Below are positions 1-9,672 of a stretch of 64,000 nucleotides of DNA, in pieces. Source of the stretch: a virus. The position numbers and the translations under genes were made by a program. Under the pieces are notes generated by a model, which had not been told where the DNA came from, ran no database searches, and worked only from the letters and a program-made list of their open reading frames with translations. The DNA is taken from the IMG/VR virus record IMGVR_UViG_3300033562_000245, positions 54,499 through 118,498 of that record; one strand, written 5' to 3'. Numbering within the stretch: position 1 is the stretch's first letter; each line of letters starts with the position of its first letter.

Positions 1-380
1 CAAAGGTCCCAGTTCTCATCTAGTAGCTTAATGAAGCCTTCATTATTACCTCTTTCTTTATACCTTTGGATATACTCATTTTTTAAAGTTATATGCGGAT
101 ATAAAAGAATAAATGGAAGATTCTCTTTAACCAAAGCTTCTCTAACGAGCTTATGACTTGAGACGCAAATATAGTCAACCTTTCCGATTTTTTCTTTAAT
201 ATGGGAAATATAATTCCCAGGAAAAAATTTCTTATCAAATTTACTAGAATCGGAATCTAAAACCGTATCAGGTATCCCATCAGCACTATCAAAAAAGTGA
301 CTCTTTCCTGTACCAGGAAAAGCTGATATTATTATTGTATCTTTAATTATAGATTCAAGCGGCTCTATTTTTATACCCAT
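1..380 (-). CDS. P-loop NTPase / nucleotide-kinase-like phage protein (3' end truncated by window edge)
   Basis: Not in ORF track. Manual translation from ATG at 380: MGIKIEPLESIIKDTIIISAFPGTGKSHFF...VSSHKLVREAL...RYKERGN; Walker A FPGTGKS; G-rich RBS upstream. Confidence 0.75.
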   Translation of the reverse strand, partial: MGIKIEPLESIIKDTIIISAFPGTGKSHFFDSADGIPDTVLDSDSSKFDKKFFPGNYISHIKEKIGKVDYICVSSHKLVREALVKENLPFILLYPHITLKNEYIQRYKERGNNEGFIKLLDENWDL

Positions 381-467
381 TATACCCCCTACCTAGACTG
401 AAAAATTGAATGTGCAGAATTATTAACATATGATTGGTTAGAACATTAAAAAAATAATTTATCTATG

Positions 468-492
468 TAGTTGGGGGCAATGCCCCCAACTA
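468..492. terminator. Hairpin, terminator-like
   Basis: TAGTTGGGGGC-AAT-GCCCCCAACTA just downstream of 497..1321(-). Confidence 0.7.
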
Positions 493-496
493 TCAG

Positions 497-1321
497 TCAA
501 ATCAATAGGAAATATAAAGGCTGAACACTTCTAACTATAACGGCAGCATCTTCATAAAAGAATTCATAATAAAGAATTGACCCTGATAATACGATTACAG
601 CTACACACACAGCGTCTTTTTGTGTCTTTTCATAAGCTATAGCTACTGTATTTAAACCCTCTATAAATGGTAAATGAGTTTCTGAATAGGTAAACCCCGG
701 ACAGCTTTCCGAATTGATATGAAGAAAATTAACCTCGCTTTTAATAGCGCAATTCAATTTTAATTGTATCTTTTCTTTTTTAACTGTACTATCTTTTTCT
801 ACCAATAAAGAATCTATTATAGAGTCCAGAGAATGTGTATATATAACCATGCTCTTTTCTATTTCATAGTTCCATTCGATCTCTGCTTCTGTTTTTTTAT
901 TTTTAAATAATTTCTCAACTGTATTAATATAATGATTAAAGTCAGGTATTATTATTAAATGATCCTTTTTAATCAGTTCAGGAAAACATTCAAACATTAA
1001 ATTAGTAAAAGTTTCTTCTTTAAACGTAACAGAATGCAGGATTGTTTTATTTATGTTTAATACTAATAACCCATCGTTAATGTTATTATCTTTCTTATTT
1101 GAATTTACCAGAAAATTCCACTTATTATCTTTGTAATATAGAAATTTAGATCGTTTACTAAACATAGAACTTGTATATGTCTTTATAAGTTTAATCGCAT
1201 CTTTCCTTAGAACTTTAACATTCTTTTTAGGCGATACTATTTTCACCTTATTGCTTTCTAATTTATCTAAATCTATAAATCCATCTAAAGATAATAAATC
1301 TACACTTTCTTCGTCCGACAT
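497..1321 (-). CDS. Hypothetical protein (274 aa)
   Basis: Long ORF in a minus-strand run; no motif recognised. Confidence 0.7.
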   Translation of the reverse strand: MSDEESVDLLSLDGFIDLDKLESNKVKIVSPKKNVKVLRKDAIKLIKTYTSSMFSKRSKFLYYKDNKWNFLVNSNKKDNNINDGLLVLNINKTILHSVTFKEETFTNLMFECFPELIKKDHLIIIPDFNHYINTVEKLFKNKKTEAEIEWNYEIEKSMVIYTHSLDSIIDSLLVEKDSTVKKEKIQLKLNCAIKSEVNFLHINSESCPGFTYSETHLPFIEGLNTVAIAYEKTQKDAVCVAVIVLSGSILYYEFFYEDAAVIVRSVQPLYFLLI

Positions 1322-1348
1322 ACCATAAATCCTTTTAGAATTGTCTAT

Positions 1349-1546
1349 TTATCTTTTTCCGATAGCCCATATTCTATTAAAGAAACTTATCTTTTTAATC
1401 GGCTTTCTTGTTGTTATAGGTTTTCGCATGCAATCGTACAGCATAACATCTAATTTTCTACTTTTCTTCTCTAGCTGAGTCAAGGCTAAATGTAATTCTG
1501 GCGTTAGATAGTTTGTTACTGAGTGACATGGCACACATTCTTTCAT
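1349..1546 (-). CDS. Hypothetical protein (65 aa)
   Basis: ORF fills the gap between co-oriented genes. Confidence 0.5.
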   Translation of the reverse strand: MKECVPCHSVTNYLTPELHLALTQLEKKSRKLDVMLYDCMRKPITTRKPIKKISFFNRIWAIGKR

Positions 1547-1589
1547 TTTTATTCAACGTCCTGTTTGTTTGAAATACCTCGATTAAAGT

Positions 1590-2165
1590 TTAGATACTTC
1601 TTTCCACGTATCGAATAAAATTCACAGGGAATAATTTGTTATACTTGCCTATTACTTCTGTTGAAGTCTGCTTGATCTGAGTTTTGTGTCCGGCTAGACT
1701 AATATTCGCACGATCTATTAACTTTGCAGCAGTCTCTACTAAAAGCATAGCGCTCAAGAATTCGTTGTCCAAAGCAATATTAAGATTACTAATATCTTCA
1801 GTGCTCAATTCTGCAACGGTAGAAACAGAATTTCCACCAAAAGTATTAAAGGAGTTAATAGTCTCTACAAGATCTAAAGTGTAATTCTTTTCTCTCTTAA
1901 ATTTAATATCTTTCGTACGCAAATACGTCGCCGAAGTAAGTTTCTTGTTTACTATTTCCCATGAAGAAATAGATACATCTCCGTTATTAAGCATAGCATC
2001 GAAAGTCATTTTAACTGCTTTTTCTATCGCAGACTTATCGGCATTCTCTCTTGTTTCCGGGCTAAGTTGAAACTGGATATATTCTACCAATAAATTAATA
2101 CAAACACCTTCTTTTATTAGATGTTTCGTCTTGTCCATTACAATCTCATTCGCGTCTATTCCCAC
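1590..2165 (-). CDS. Hypothetical protein (191 aa)
   Basis: ORF with GTG start and AGGGG RBS, divergent from the polymerase. Confidence 0.7.
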   Translation of the reverse strand: MGIDANEIVMDKTKHLIKEGVCINLLVEYIQFQLSPETRENADKSAIEKAVKMTFDAMLNNGDVSISSWEIVNKKLTSATYLRTKDIKFKREKNYTLDLVETINSFNTFGGNSVSTVAELSTEDISNLNIALDNEFLSAMLLVETAAKLIDRANISLAGHKTQIKQTSTEVIGKYNKLFPVNFIRYVERSI

Positions 2166-2190
2166 AATTAGATCCCCTTATGTTTTTATT

Positions 2191-2198
2191 TATATTAC
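2191..2198 (+). promoter_or_regulatory. TATATTAC phiKZ-type early promoter motif
   Basis: Exact octamer ~75 nt upstream of the DNA polymerase start; same motif at 20128, 29760 and 34697. Confidence 0.55.
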
Positions 2199-2270
2199 AG
2201 TCGAAAGTATATTTTTAAGAACTTTTACTATAGAATAGCTAAAATTATCGATAACTAATGGAGCTCTATC

Positions 2271-4397
2271 ATGAATAAAAATATAGATTTAACTTCACAA
2301 AATTCTAATAAAAAGAATTCAAGGGAAGATGTTTTAAGAGAGTATTTTACAAACGTTTCTACTTTTGTTTCAACAATGACCGAGGACGATATAAAAGATG
2401 TCGAATCTTTTATGCGGGGTCATTTAAAAGAAAAGATACAGTACCCAACAATAAGAAACGTACAACGAAAAGGTGGGCAGTTAAAGACGGTAGATGAAAA
2501 TCTATATAGTTTTACTAAACGTACTAATGATGCGTTCCATATAGTTTCACCTAGCGGCAGTAGTTATAAAAGAATAAGTAAAATGTATGGGCTTATAGCT
2601 AAATTTATAAGAAGCTTAGTTGATAAAAGAGACCAGGCTAAAAACAGAATGAAGGTATACGAAAAAGAAGGAAAGAAAGTACTTGCTGAAAACGAGAATT
2701 ATAACCAAGCTAACGCTAAGATAAATAACAATGCGTTATCTGGCGCTACTCTATCAGAATTTAATCTGTTTTATGATGCGGGTAATTATAATAGTATTAC
2801 ATCTTCTGCTCGAACTGTTGTCACCGCATCTTTTACGAATATAGAACAGCTTCTCGGTGGTAACTTTGCTTTCTTTGATATCGATCAAGTAATCAACCAC
2901 GTAGTTCTATGTCAAAGAATAAAGCCCTCTGATGAAGTTATCCAACAAACTATAAATAAATATAGATTGTACACACCTACCGTGGTTGACGTTATAAATT
3001 TCTTATTCGAATGTATTGAAATGTACATACTTCCTACGGATTTTATTCCCGTTAAAGAAACTATAACTGAGTTGTGCAATAAATTAAATCAACATACTTT
3101 AATTTTTATTTATTATTATAATAATTTAAGTCATATTTTCTTTAAGAACTCGGCTATATTTAAACCTTGGGTTAAAAGATTTATGGATATTAACTCAGCA
3201 GACAAGATCACAACCAATCCGTCTGATCTATTAGAAATAGATGAGGATATATTAGCTATAGCTACTGTCTGCAACGCATCTTTATTTGAAGGAAAGAAAA
3301 CAAAAGATCTAATTGATAACTTCCCAGAAACTGCATGTAAAATAGCAGATATAAATAAACATAGGCAAAAACAAATAGATGCTATTGGTTTGCTGTTAGA
3401 CACCTTTATTTACTCTAGTCATGTTTCTCCTAATTTACATGTACAAAAGAAAATGATGAGAAAGACAGTTGTTATAGCAGATACCGATTCTAATTTTTTC
3501 AGTACCATCAATTGGGTTAGATGGTACAGTAACAATGAATTTGAAGACATACCTGAGAATGATGAAATAACTATGCTTGTTATTTATTTGGTCACTAAAA
3601 TAACAGCAGCAATGCTGTATAAATTAGCTATGTCTTTAGGTGCGGAAAAGGATAAGGCTAAACTTCTTATAATGAAGAATGAATTCTTTTATAAAGTTCT
3701 TCTTACTATTTTGGATATGAAGAAGCATTATGTTGGTCTCCAATCTATTAAAGAGGGATTTATACTACCTAAACCTAAATTAGATTTAAAAGGTGTAGGA
3801 TTAAGAGGTAGTTCGATATGTAAAGAATCTACCGATACGTTTAAAGATATTCTAATTAACGATATCCTACATAAAGGTATAACAGGGAAAATAAGCGGTC
3901 AAGATATAATCAACAAAGTTGTTAATTTTGAATATGCCGTATACGATTCTCTGTATAGAGGAGAAACAACCTATTTAAAAAATACAAGTATTAGATTACC
4001 GGAGGATTATAAAAATCCTGGCGCAGCTGCCTATAAATATGCCGAAGCATGGAATGTTATTTTCGATGGTATATATGATAAAATTATGTTACCTACAAAA
4101 TCAACTATAGTCCCTCTTAACAAACCTTCTAAGCAGTTTATGGACAACTTGGAGGCTACCAGCCCTATCGTATTTAAGAACTTTAGCGCTTCAATCAGAG
4201 ATAATGGATATCCTTCTTTTATAGCAATCCATCCTCTATCAGAAACAGTGCCTAAAGAATTACTACCTTTAGTTGACGCAAGACCTATCGTTTATCACAA
4301 TTTATCCGGCGTATACAACGTACTTAGAAATATAGGTATATGCATAGGGTACTCAGATAAAGAACTTTTATTTTCAGATATTTATGGGAGCAGATAA
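2271..4397 (+). CDS. Family B DNA polymerase catalytic subunit (phiKZ gp50-like)
   Basis: Motif C-like VIADTDSNF, then KKHYVG and DLKGVGLRGSS; no N-terminal exonuclease recognised. Confidence 0.85.
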   Translation: MNKNIDLTSQNSNKKNSREDVLREYFTNVSTFVSTMTEDDIKDVESFMRGHLKEKIQYPTIRNVQRKGGQLKTVDENLYSFTKRTNDAFHIVSPSGSSYKRISKMYGLIAKFIRSLVDKRDQAKNRMKVYEKEGKKVLAENENYNQANAKINNNALSGATLSEFNLFYDAGNYNSITSSARTVVTASFTNIEQLLGGNFAFFDIDQVINHVVLCQRIKPSDEVIQQTINKYRLYTPTVVDVINFLFECIEMYILPTDFIPVKETITELCNKLNQHTLIFIYYYNNLSHIFFKNSAIFKPWVKRFMDINSADKITTNPSDLLEIDEDILAIATVCNASLFEGKKTKDLIDNFPETACKIADINKHRQKQIDAIGLLLDTFIYSSHVSPNLHVQKKMMRKTVVIADTDSNFFSTINWVRWYSNNEFEDIPENDEITMLVIYLVTKITAAMLYKLAMSLGAEKDKAKLLIMKNEFFYKVLLTILDMKKHYVGLQSIKEGFILPKPKLDLKGVGLRGSSICKESTDTFKDILINDILHKGITGKISGQDIINKVVNFEYAVYDSLYRGETTYLKNTSIRLPEDYKNPGAAAYKYAEAWNVIFDGIYDKIMLPTKSTIVPLNKPSKQFMDNLEATSPIVFKNFSASIRDNGYPSFIAIHPLSETVPKELLPLVDARPIVYHNLSGVYNVLRNIGICIGYSDKELLFSDIYGSR

Positions 4398-4399
4398 CA

Positions 4400-4990
4400 A
4401 TGACACCGACTAAACCAAATAGTTTGATAGACGAAGAAAATTTAGAATCATTATTGAGCTTTGAGCTTGAGTCTAAAAAAGAATACGAATTTTATAAAAA
4501 CACAGACAGACCGCCAAGTAAATATGAAATCGAGATATACGACACACTACAAGAATATACAAAAAGTAGAGACTCTATCGTTCTAGTCGATGTACTAAAT
4601 ATCCTAGAAATAAAACCTCCACTAGATATCGAGGTATGGTATCATGTCACTATAGAAGAAATATATAAGAGGGTAGAAAAATATAAACTCGGCGATAATA
4701 AAATGGAAGAAATGGTAGCTCTAAAAAGAAAACAAAGACAAGAGCAATGCAATGAAGTCTCCGATTTAGTATACGAACAGGCGGTCGCTAAAGTTCCTTT
4801 TAAACAAATAGTACTTAATTTAAAAGAAAAAGGATACTTAAGAACAGATCTAACTACCGATTGGTGTAATGCCGACGTAGTCAGTATTTTGGCTGTCAGA
4901 AAAAGAAAAGGTCTACCCTCTACTACATTCTCAAGAATCCATGCTGGTAGCAACTACGGTATTAATTTTCAAAAAGGCTGGGCTCAATGA
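4400..4990 (+). CDS. Hypothetical protein with C-terminal recombinase-type HTH
   Basis: C-terminal KQIVLNLKEKGYLRT...WCNADVVSIL resembles recombinase DNA-binding helices. Confidence 0.5.
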   Translation: MTPTKPNSLIDEENLESLLSFELESKKEYEFYKNTDRPPSKYEIEIYDTLQEYTKSRDSIVLVDVLNILEIKPPLDIEVWYHVTIEEIYKRVEKYKLGDNKMEEMVALKRKQRQEQCNEVSDLVYEQAVAKVPFKQIVLNLKEKGYLRTDLTTDWCNADVVSILAVRKRKGLPSTTFSRIHAGSNYGINFQKGWAQ

Positions 4991-5442
4991 TGGTATTGGT
5001 GTTGTTATTTTGTTTTGCTTTATCTGTTTACCTTCTACCTGTAGCAAAAAGATTGCGGACAGAACGAGAAAAAAGAATTAAAGAAGACATAGGAAATGCA
5101 GTCCCGATCTTTTTTAATGTGATCGGCGCACATCCGATAGACGCAGATGGAATCTTAATAGTTATAAAAACTACTAAGACAATTCTAACGTATTATATCG
5201 GAACAACAAGTATTAATAAAATTCAACTTATCTGTACATCAGATAACGCACCCGAGCGATACGTTTTAGTTCTCAATAAAGATGTAAAATATCTAACTCT
5301 TTATTTTCAGAACAATAAGCAATTAGAATTTTATTTCGATCTTGAAAGTAAAAATTGGATACATATTGAAGATGATTATTCTGACGAATCTAATAAATCT
5401 CGCGATTTAATGGTAGATTCGGCAATATGTTCTATCCATTGA
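4987..5442 (+). CDS. Membrane-anchored protein, paralogue family A
   Basis: N-terminal hydrophobic helix; C-terminal YLTLYFQNNKQLEFYFDLESKNW. Confidence 0.65.
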   Translation: MMVLVLLFCFALSVYLLPVAKRLRTEREKRIKEDIGNAVPIFFNVIGAHPIDADGILIVIKTTKTILTYYIGTTSINKIQLICTSDNAPERYVLVLNKDVKYLTLYFQNNKQLEFYFDLESKNWIHIEDDYSDESNKSRDLMVDSAICSIH

Positions 5443-5466
5443 AAATGAATAATAAAAGGAGTTAAA

Positions 5467-5874
5467 ATGAACATCTATGCTGCTATTACTTATTTCTCTA
5501 TAGTAGGCGTCTTATTTTTGATATGTATTTCCTATTACCGAAAAATGTTCGTAGAAGTAACTATATACCCTATTAAGTATATAATCGGCGAATGTGAACA
5601 AATAGACAATATGACAATTATTAGGACAATAGGTGTTACACATGTTTATATAACAAATAACACAGGAGAACTAATAACAACTAAGGTTCCCATACATAAA
5701 CAAATTATGAGATACATCGGAGTTTATTATAACGGTTATAAATATTTAGTTATATATTTGATGGATAACACTACTGTATATTTTAAATGGGACTCTTCTA
5801 TCAAAAGTTGGGTAGAAGTGTCAACCGTATTTTTAGAAATTACAACGTATAAAAACAAAAAGGAGTTCACTTAA
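5467..5874 (+). CDS. Membrane-anchored protein, paralogue family A
   Basis: N-terminal TM; YLVIYLMDNTTVYFKWDSSIKSW; AAGGAG RBS. Confidence 0.65.
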   Translation: MNIYAAITYFSIVGVLFLICISYYRKMFVEVTIYPIKYIIGECEQIDNMTIIRTIGVTHVYITNNTGELITTKVPIHKQIMRYIGVYYNGYKYLVIYLMDNTTVYFKWDSSIKSWVEVSTVFLEITTYKNKKEFT

Positions 5875-5876
5875 AA

Positions 5877-6296
5877 ATGTTAAAAGAATATCGTTATTAT
5901 ATTTTCTCAACCTTAGCAGTACTCACCCAAAGTTATTTATTGTTATCAAATACAATGCCCCAGAAACTGCATATGATGCTCACAATAAATGCGTTGTTTA
6001 TTTGTTTTTATATTTTAGTATTAAAGAATATTTTTATTAAAGTTAGTATCATCGACGACGGTGACGTTGGTATTAATTTAATAAAGATAAAAATATTAGA
6101 CTCTTACTACGTATTCTTTAATACACAATCAAACACTCCTAAATTCGTCTGTAAGACGAATCGAGAGATCAAAGAATTCCATTATAATAAGATCAGATGT
6201 GGCCGGCCTCACCTCGCTCTTTATTATAGTAATGGTGTACGGATATCCTATAAGTACGAAAATGACAAATGGAAGAAACAGCTTACAAACAACTAA
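5877..6296 (+). CDS. Membrane protein, paralogue family A
   Basis: Two N-terminal hydrophobic segments; HLALYYSNGVRISYKYENDKW. Confidence 0.6.
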   Translation: MLKEYRYYIFSTLAVLTQSYLLLSNTMPQKLHMMLTINALFICFYILVLKNIFIKVSIIDDGDVGINLIKIKILDSYYVFFNTQSNTPKFVCKTNREIKEFHYNKIRCGRPHLALYYSNGVRISYKYENDKWKKQLTNN

Positions 6297-6317
6297 CAAT
6301 ATACACTGAGGCCAATT

Positions 6318-6821
6318 ATGTTTTCCGTCGACGTCCCCACCGCGAAATATAAAAAACTAAGAATAAAAATGAGCTACTCTAAGCCGGGCCATTCTAAACC
6401 ATACATTAGTACATCTTTTATAACCTATCCTAGCGAATACCAAATAGGGGATGAAGGAGATATAGCGGTCTGCGAGTATAAAGTAGGTATAAGTTTCATA
6501 GCTTTTATACCTGCGATATATCTTCCAGATAATAAAAAGGTCATAATGGTATTAGTAAAAAATAGAAAAGCTCATAAATTTTTACCGTACGCTGAAGGTA
6601 TAGACGACATCGACGATTCGTTCATCAATGAAAATGCCACTACTATTATTCTATCTAGAAATTATAAAGACTCGTTGAGACGATTGATATTTTCTAAGGA
6701 TCTAAATAATAATTGGAACTTTAACCATTGTCAAGTTATTAGACTAAATCCAGATCTAATATTAGCAGGGGCTTATATAGAGCAAATAGAAGAAAAAGTA
6801 ACTTTTAGATTTCCTAACTAG
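6318..6821 (+). CDS. Hypothetical protein (167 aa)
   Basis: ORF with GAGG RBS. Confidence 0.65.
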   Translation: MFSVDVPTAKYKKLRIKMSYSKPGHSKPYISTSFITYPSEYQIGDEGDIAVCEYKVGISFIAFIPAIYLPDNKKVIMVLVKNRKAHKFLPYAEGIDDIDDSFINENATTIILSRNYKDSLRRLIFSKDLNNNWNFNHCQVIRLNPDLILAGAYIEQIEEKVTFRFPN

Positions 6822-6862
6822 AACAATTAAACATTTTAACCGAGATAAAAAGGAACTGTAAG

Positions 6863-7288
6863 ATGAAAACAATCATAGGGATTGGTGGTGGACTAATATA
6901 TGACCCGAACGAGTGTATCTTTATACATACGAATAAACATCAAGAAACCACAGCATTTAATAAGAAGCTAGTAGGAAAACTAGTTACCTCTATTAAATAC
7001 CACAAATCAAAACCTAAAGAAAAAGTTAAAAAGGTTAAGAATTATTTAATCGTACTTTTGGATAGTGATCATAAAACATTACTTCAAGTAAGTTTCACAA
7101 AGAAGAATGAATGGTTATCGGCCACAGAGACACTTATGTCTAGTGATTTACGATTATTCGCTAGTGAAGGATACATACCAAGACCTTGGACCGAACCTCC
7201 ATTCGGATTCCCGACGGTACCCCAGGACACGCTAAACTCTAAAACAAATTTCGACCATCAGATCCGTCCGGAACTAGTAAAATACTAA
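6863..7288 (+). CDS. Hypothetical protein (141 aa)
   Basis: ORF with AAGGA RBS. Confidence 0.65.
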   Translation: MKTIIGIGGGLIYDPNECIFIHTNKHQETTAFNKKLVGKLVTSIKYHKSKPKEKVKKVKNYLIVLLDSDHKTLLQVSFTKKNEWLSATETLMSSDLRLFASEGYIPRPWTEPPFGFPTVPQDTLNSKTNFDHQIRPELVKY

Positions 7289-7314
7289 TAACACTTCTCA
7301 CCAAAGGAACTAAA

Positions 7315-7788
7315 ATGCAAGAAATGCCTATTATAGAAAATGCTATCGTTACTGTAGAAGATAGCGTAGGAATAGAAATTCCTACCCAAGAAGTAGAGGA
7401 AACTCTCGACGTAGAAACAATGGGAAAGAAACTAAATAATATTAAAAAATTAGCTAAGATCCTTCGTTCTGCCACCGGCAAAACATCGCAAACAAAGAAA
7501 CCGAAATTTCTAGTTCTTGAACTGGATGAACCAACTTCAGGGTCATTCTATGACGTGTTCCGTGTTGGAAAGGATATGACTTTCCCTCAAGACCCCGGAT
7601 CAGCTTTCAACATAAATAAAATTTCTCTTCGTGGCCTAGTTCTTTATAAATCCAGAGGTAACACCCCTCTAAAAAGAAATGATACTGTTTTGATTGAAAC
7701 TGTGTGCGGGGGAAATAGTGTCGATATTTTTGCTTTCAAAGTTATAGAATCTATAGGCCGGAAAGTTCGTCTTGTGATTATGTCATAA
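7315..7788 (+). CDS. Hypothetical protein (157 aa)
   Basis: ORF with AAGGA RBS, followed by a hairpin. Confidence 0.65.
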   Translation: MQEMPIIENAIVTVEDSVGIEIPTQEVEETLDVETMGKKLNNIKKLAKILRSATGKTSQTKKPKFLVLELDEPTSGSFYDVFRVGKDMTFPQDPGSAFNINKISLRGLVLYKSRGNTPLKRNDTVLIETVCGGNSVDIFAFKVIESIGRKVRLVIMS

Positions 7789-7795
7789 ACTTACC

Positions 7796-7827
7796 TATAG
7801 ACGAGGTCCGAATGGACCTCGTCTATA
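7796..7827. terminator. Hairpin, terminator-like
   Basis: TATAGACGAGGTCC-GAAT-GGACCTCGTCTATA. Confidence 0.75.
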
Positions 7828-7855
7828 ATTTCATTTTATCATAAAGGAGATTATT

Positions 7856-8233
7856 ATGGGGAGAGAAATAAATAAATGGATCGTTGGTGTTGTTTGTCTT
7901 ATATGTCTTATTTTATTCGTGTGTGAAGTATCTAAAATTGAACATAAAGAAGATGTGGACGCATCAAAAATAGAATTCCATACGTTCAATGAAATCGGCA
8001 CTCCTATCACTATAGGATTCGATGGTGACGAGATTGTCTCTATTAGACTGAATGTAGAAACAGAACCAGTTGGCAATAAAGTATCCACTGAAGAAACTAG
8101 TGTACATTTTATGCAAATAAAATCCGTTATTAAAGGGATCATAGTAACTAAAAACAACATTACTCATTATATCCTTGTAGGTAGTACTATGAAAAAAGAA
8201 GAGATAAGTAAAACATTAAATTTAGATTACTAA
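7856..8233 (+). CDS. Exported/membrane-anchored protein (family B-like)
   Basis: N-terminal hydrophobic helix WIVGVVCLICLILFVC; AAGGAG RBS. Confidence 0.6.
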   Translation: MGREINKWIVGVVCLICLILFVCEVSKIEHKEDVDASKIEFHTFNEIGTPITIGFDGDEIVSIRLNVETEPVGNKVSTEETSVHFMQIKSVIKGIIVTKNNITHYILVGSTMKKEEISKTLNLDY

Positions 8234-8317
8234 TATATCGTTACATTTTTAGATATATATTATTATATTGATTATTAGAGGAAATTAAAACATTATAATT
8301 TTTAAAAGGAGTCTATT

Positions 8318-8731
8318 ATGTATACCGGTGTCACTAAACGAGCTAAAAGGGATTTATTAATTGCGTTTCTTAGTTCATTTACGCTTATAATTTATGTTGC
8401 TTATATGATGAGAAGTCAAAATACACAAGCTGATAGATACGACATTTATGTATATAGTTATAAAACAAAATTAACTGTTATAACTACTTTTGACAGCTAT
8501 ATATCCACAATGGATGTATACGAAACTGACGGAACGATAACAGAATATCCTATTACCGGAAAAGTATTTGTCTTTATTCCTAATGAATCTGGAGTAGGTT
8601 CTATCTCCATACAGAATAAAGATAAAACTGGGGATGTAATCAGGATAGGTGATAGGATCAATAAAGAACGGCTTTCAAAACTAATGTATCCGTATATACT
8701 TATAAACAATCAACCAATTAAAGGAAATTAA
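8318..8731 (+). CDS. Membrane-anchored protein, paralogue family B
   Basis: N-terminal TM; C-terminal DVIRIGDRINKERLSKLMYPYILIN shared with 9244..9639. Confidence 0.7.
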   Translation: MYTGVTKRAKRDLLIAFLSSFTLIIYVAYMMRSQNTQADRYDIYVYSYKTKLTVITTFDSYISTMDVYETDGTITEYPITGKVFVFIPNESGVGSISIQNKDKTGDVIRIGDRINKERLSKLMYPYILINNQPIKGN

Positions 8732-8736
8732 AAAAA

Positions 8737-9231
8737 ATGAAATCTTTATTCGTAAGTTACACATTAATATGTCTATTTTGTTTTAGTTCTATTGCCTCAG
8801 CCTTGGATTTCCCGCCTCCAAGTTCGCACGGAAAATTCAACAACGGGATTAAGAAACAAGTCGTTCGTGTCTCAAAAAGTCCTAATATAAAAGTTTTGAA
8901 ATACAGCACTAAAAAAGGGACGGTGTATTTCACGCTGTACAAAGAAAATACTGTTGTAAATATGAACCTAGTACTAAAAAATAAGAAAGTTCCTTTGGAT
9001 GAGCATATGACTTTTAATAAAAGCAACCCCAAATCAATTTCTGTAGAGTATTGCATCTGCTGGAACTGCGGCGGATGGCCCCATCCGGACGGTACGTGGG
9101 AGGTAACCGTAGGGGACGATAACAACGAAAATGATTTAGATTGGATGATGCAGTCTTTGTATTTAAACAAGTATAATTCACAACAGCAATATTTAAACAA
9201 ATCATCAAAACAATACATAGATAATAAATAA
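8737..9231 (+). CDS. Secreted protein with a Cys cluster
   Basis: Signal peptide ending SSIASA-L; CICWNCGGWPHPDGTW. Confidence 0.6.
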   Translation: MKSLFVSYTLICLFCFSSIASALDFPPPSSHGKFNNGIKKQVVRVSKSPNIKVLKYSTKKGTVYFTLYKENTVVNMNLVLKNKKVPLDEHMTFNKSNPKSISVEYCICWNCGGWPHPDGTWEVTVGDDNNENDLDWMMQSLYLNKYNSQQQYLNKSSKQYIDNK

Positions 9232-9243
9232 GGAATTAAATCA

Positions 9244-9639
9244 ATGAATAAAATAATCGCATGTTTGGTCCTCGTACTACTGACAGTCTCGTGCGCGAGT
9301 TTGCAGAAAAAAGAAGCAAGCAATATACCTACGGTCAGCTATGTATTTGCTTATCAAGACAACTACACAGTAATCACAACTACCGACGATATAGTTATCC
9401 ATATAACTAACACACAAGGAAAACATCTTATACCTCCGGTCTTTGAACCGACAGGTAATAAATTTTTATATGAAGATACGACTTCTGATAAAAAAAGTAG
9501 CCGCTTCGTAATTAGTGCTATACGGATCGTACATAAAGATCTATCTCAAGATATTATTAAAGTAAATGACCGTATCGATAAAACATGGGTAGTTAAACTT
9601 ATGTATCCGTATGTGCTTATCAATGAAGGCAGTAAATAA
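9244..9639 (+). CDS. Lipoprotein, paralogue family B
   Basis: Signal MNKIIACLVLVLLTVS-C; DIIKVNDRIDKTWVVKLMYPYVLIN. Confidence 0.7.
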   Translation: MNKIIACLVLVLLTVSCASLQKKEASNIPTVSYVFAYQDNYTVITTTDDIVIHITNTQGKHLIPPVFEPTGNKFLYEDTTSDKKSSRFVISAIRIVHKDLSQDIIKVNDRIDKTWVVKLMYPYVLINEGSK

Positions 9640-9672
9640 CAATTTAAATAAACAATCAAAGGAAATTAAAAA

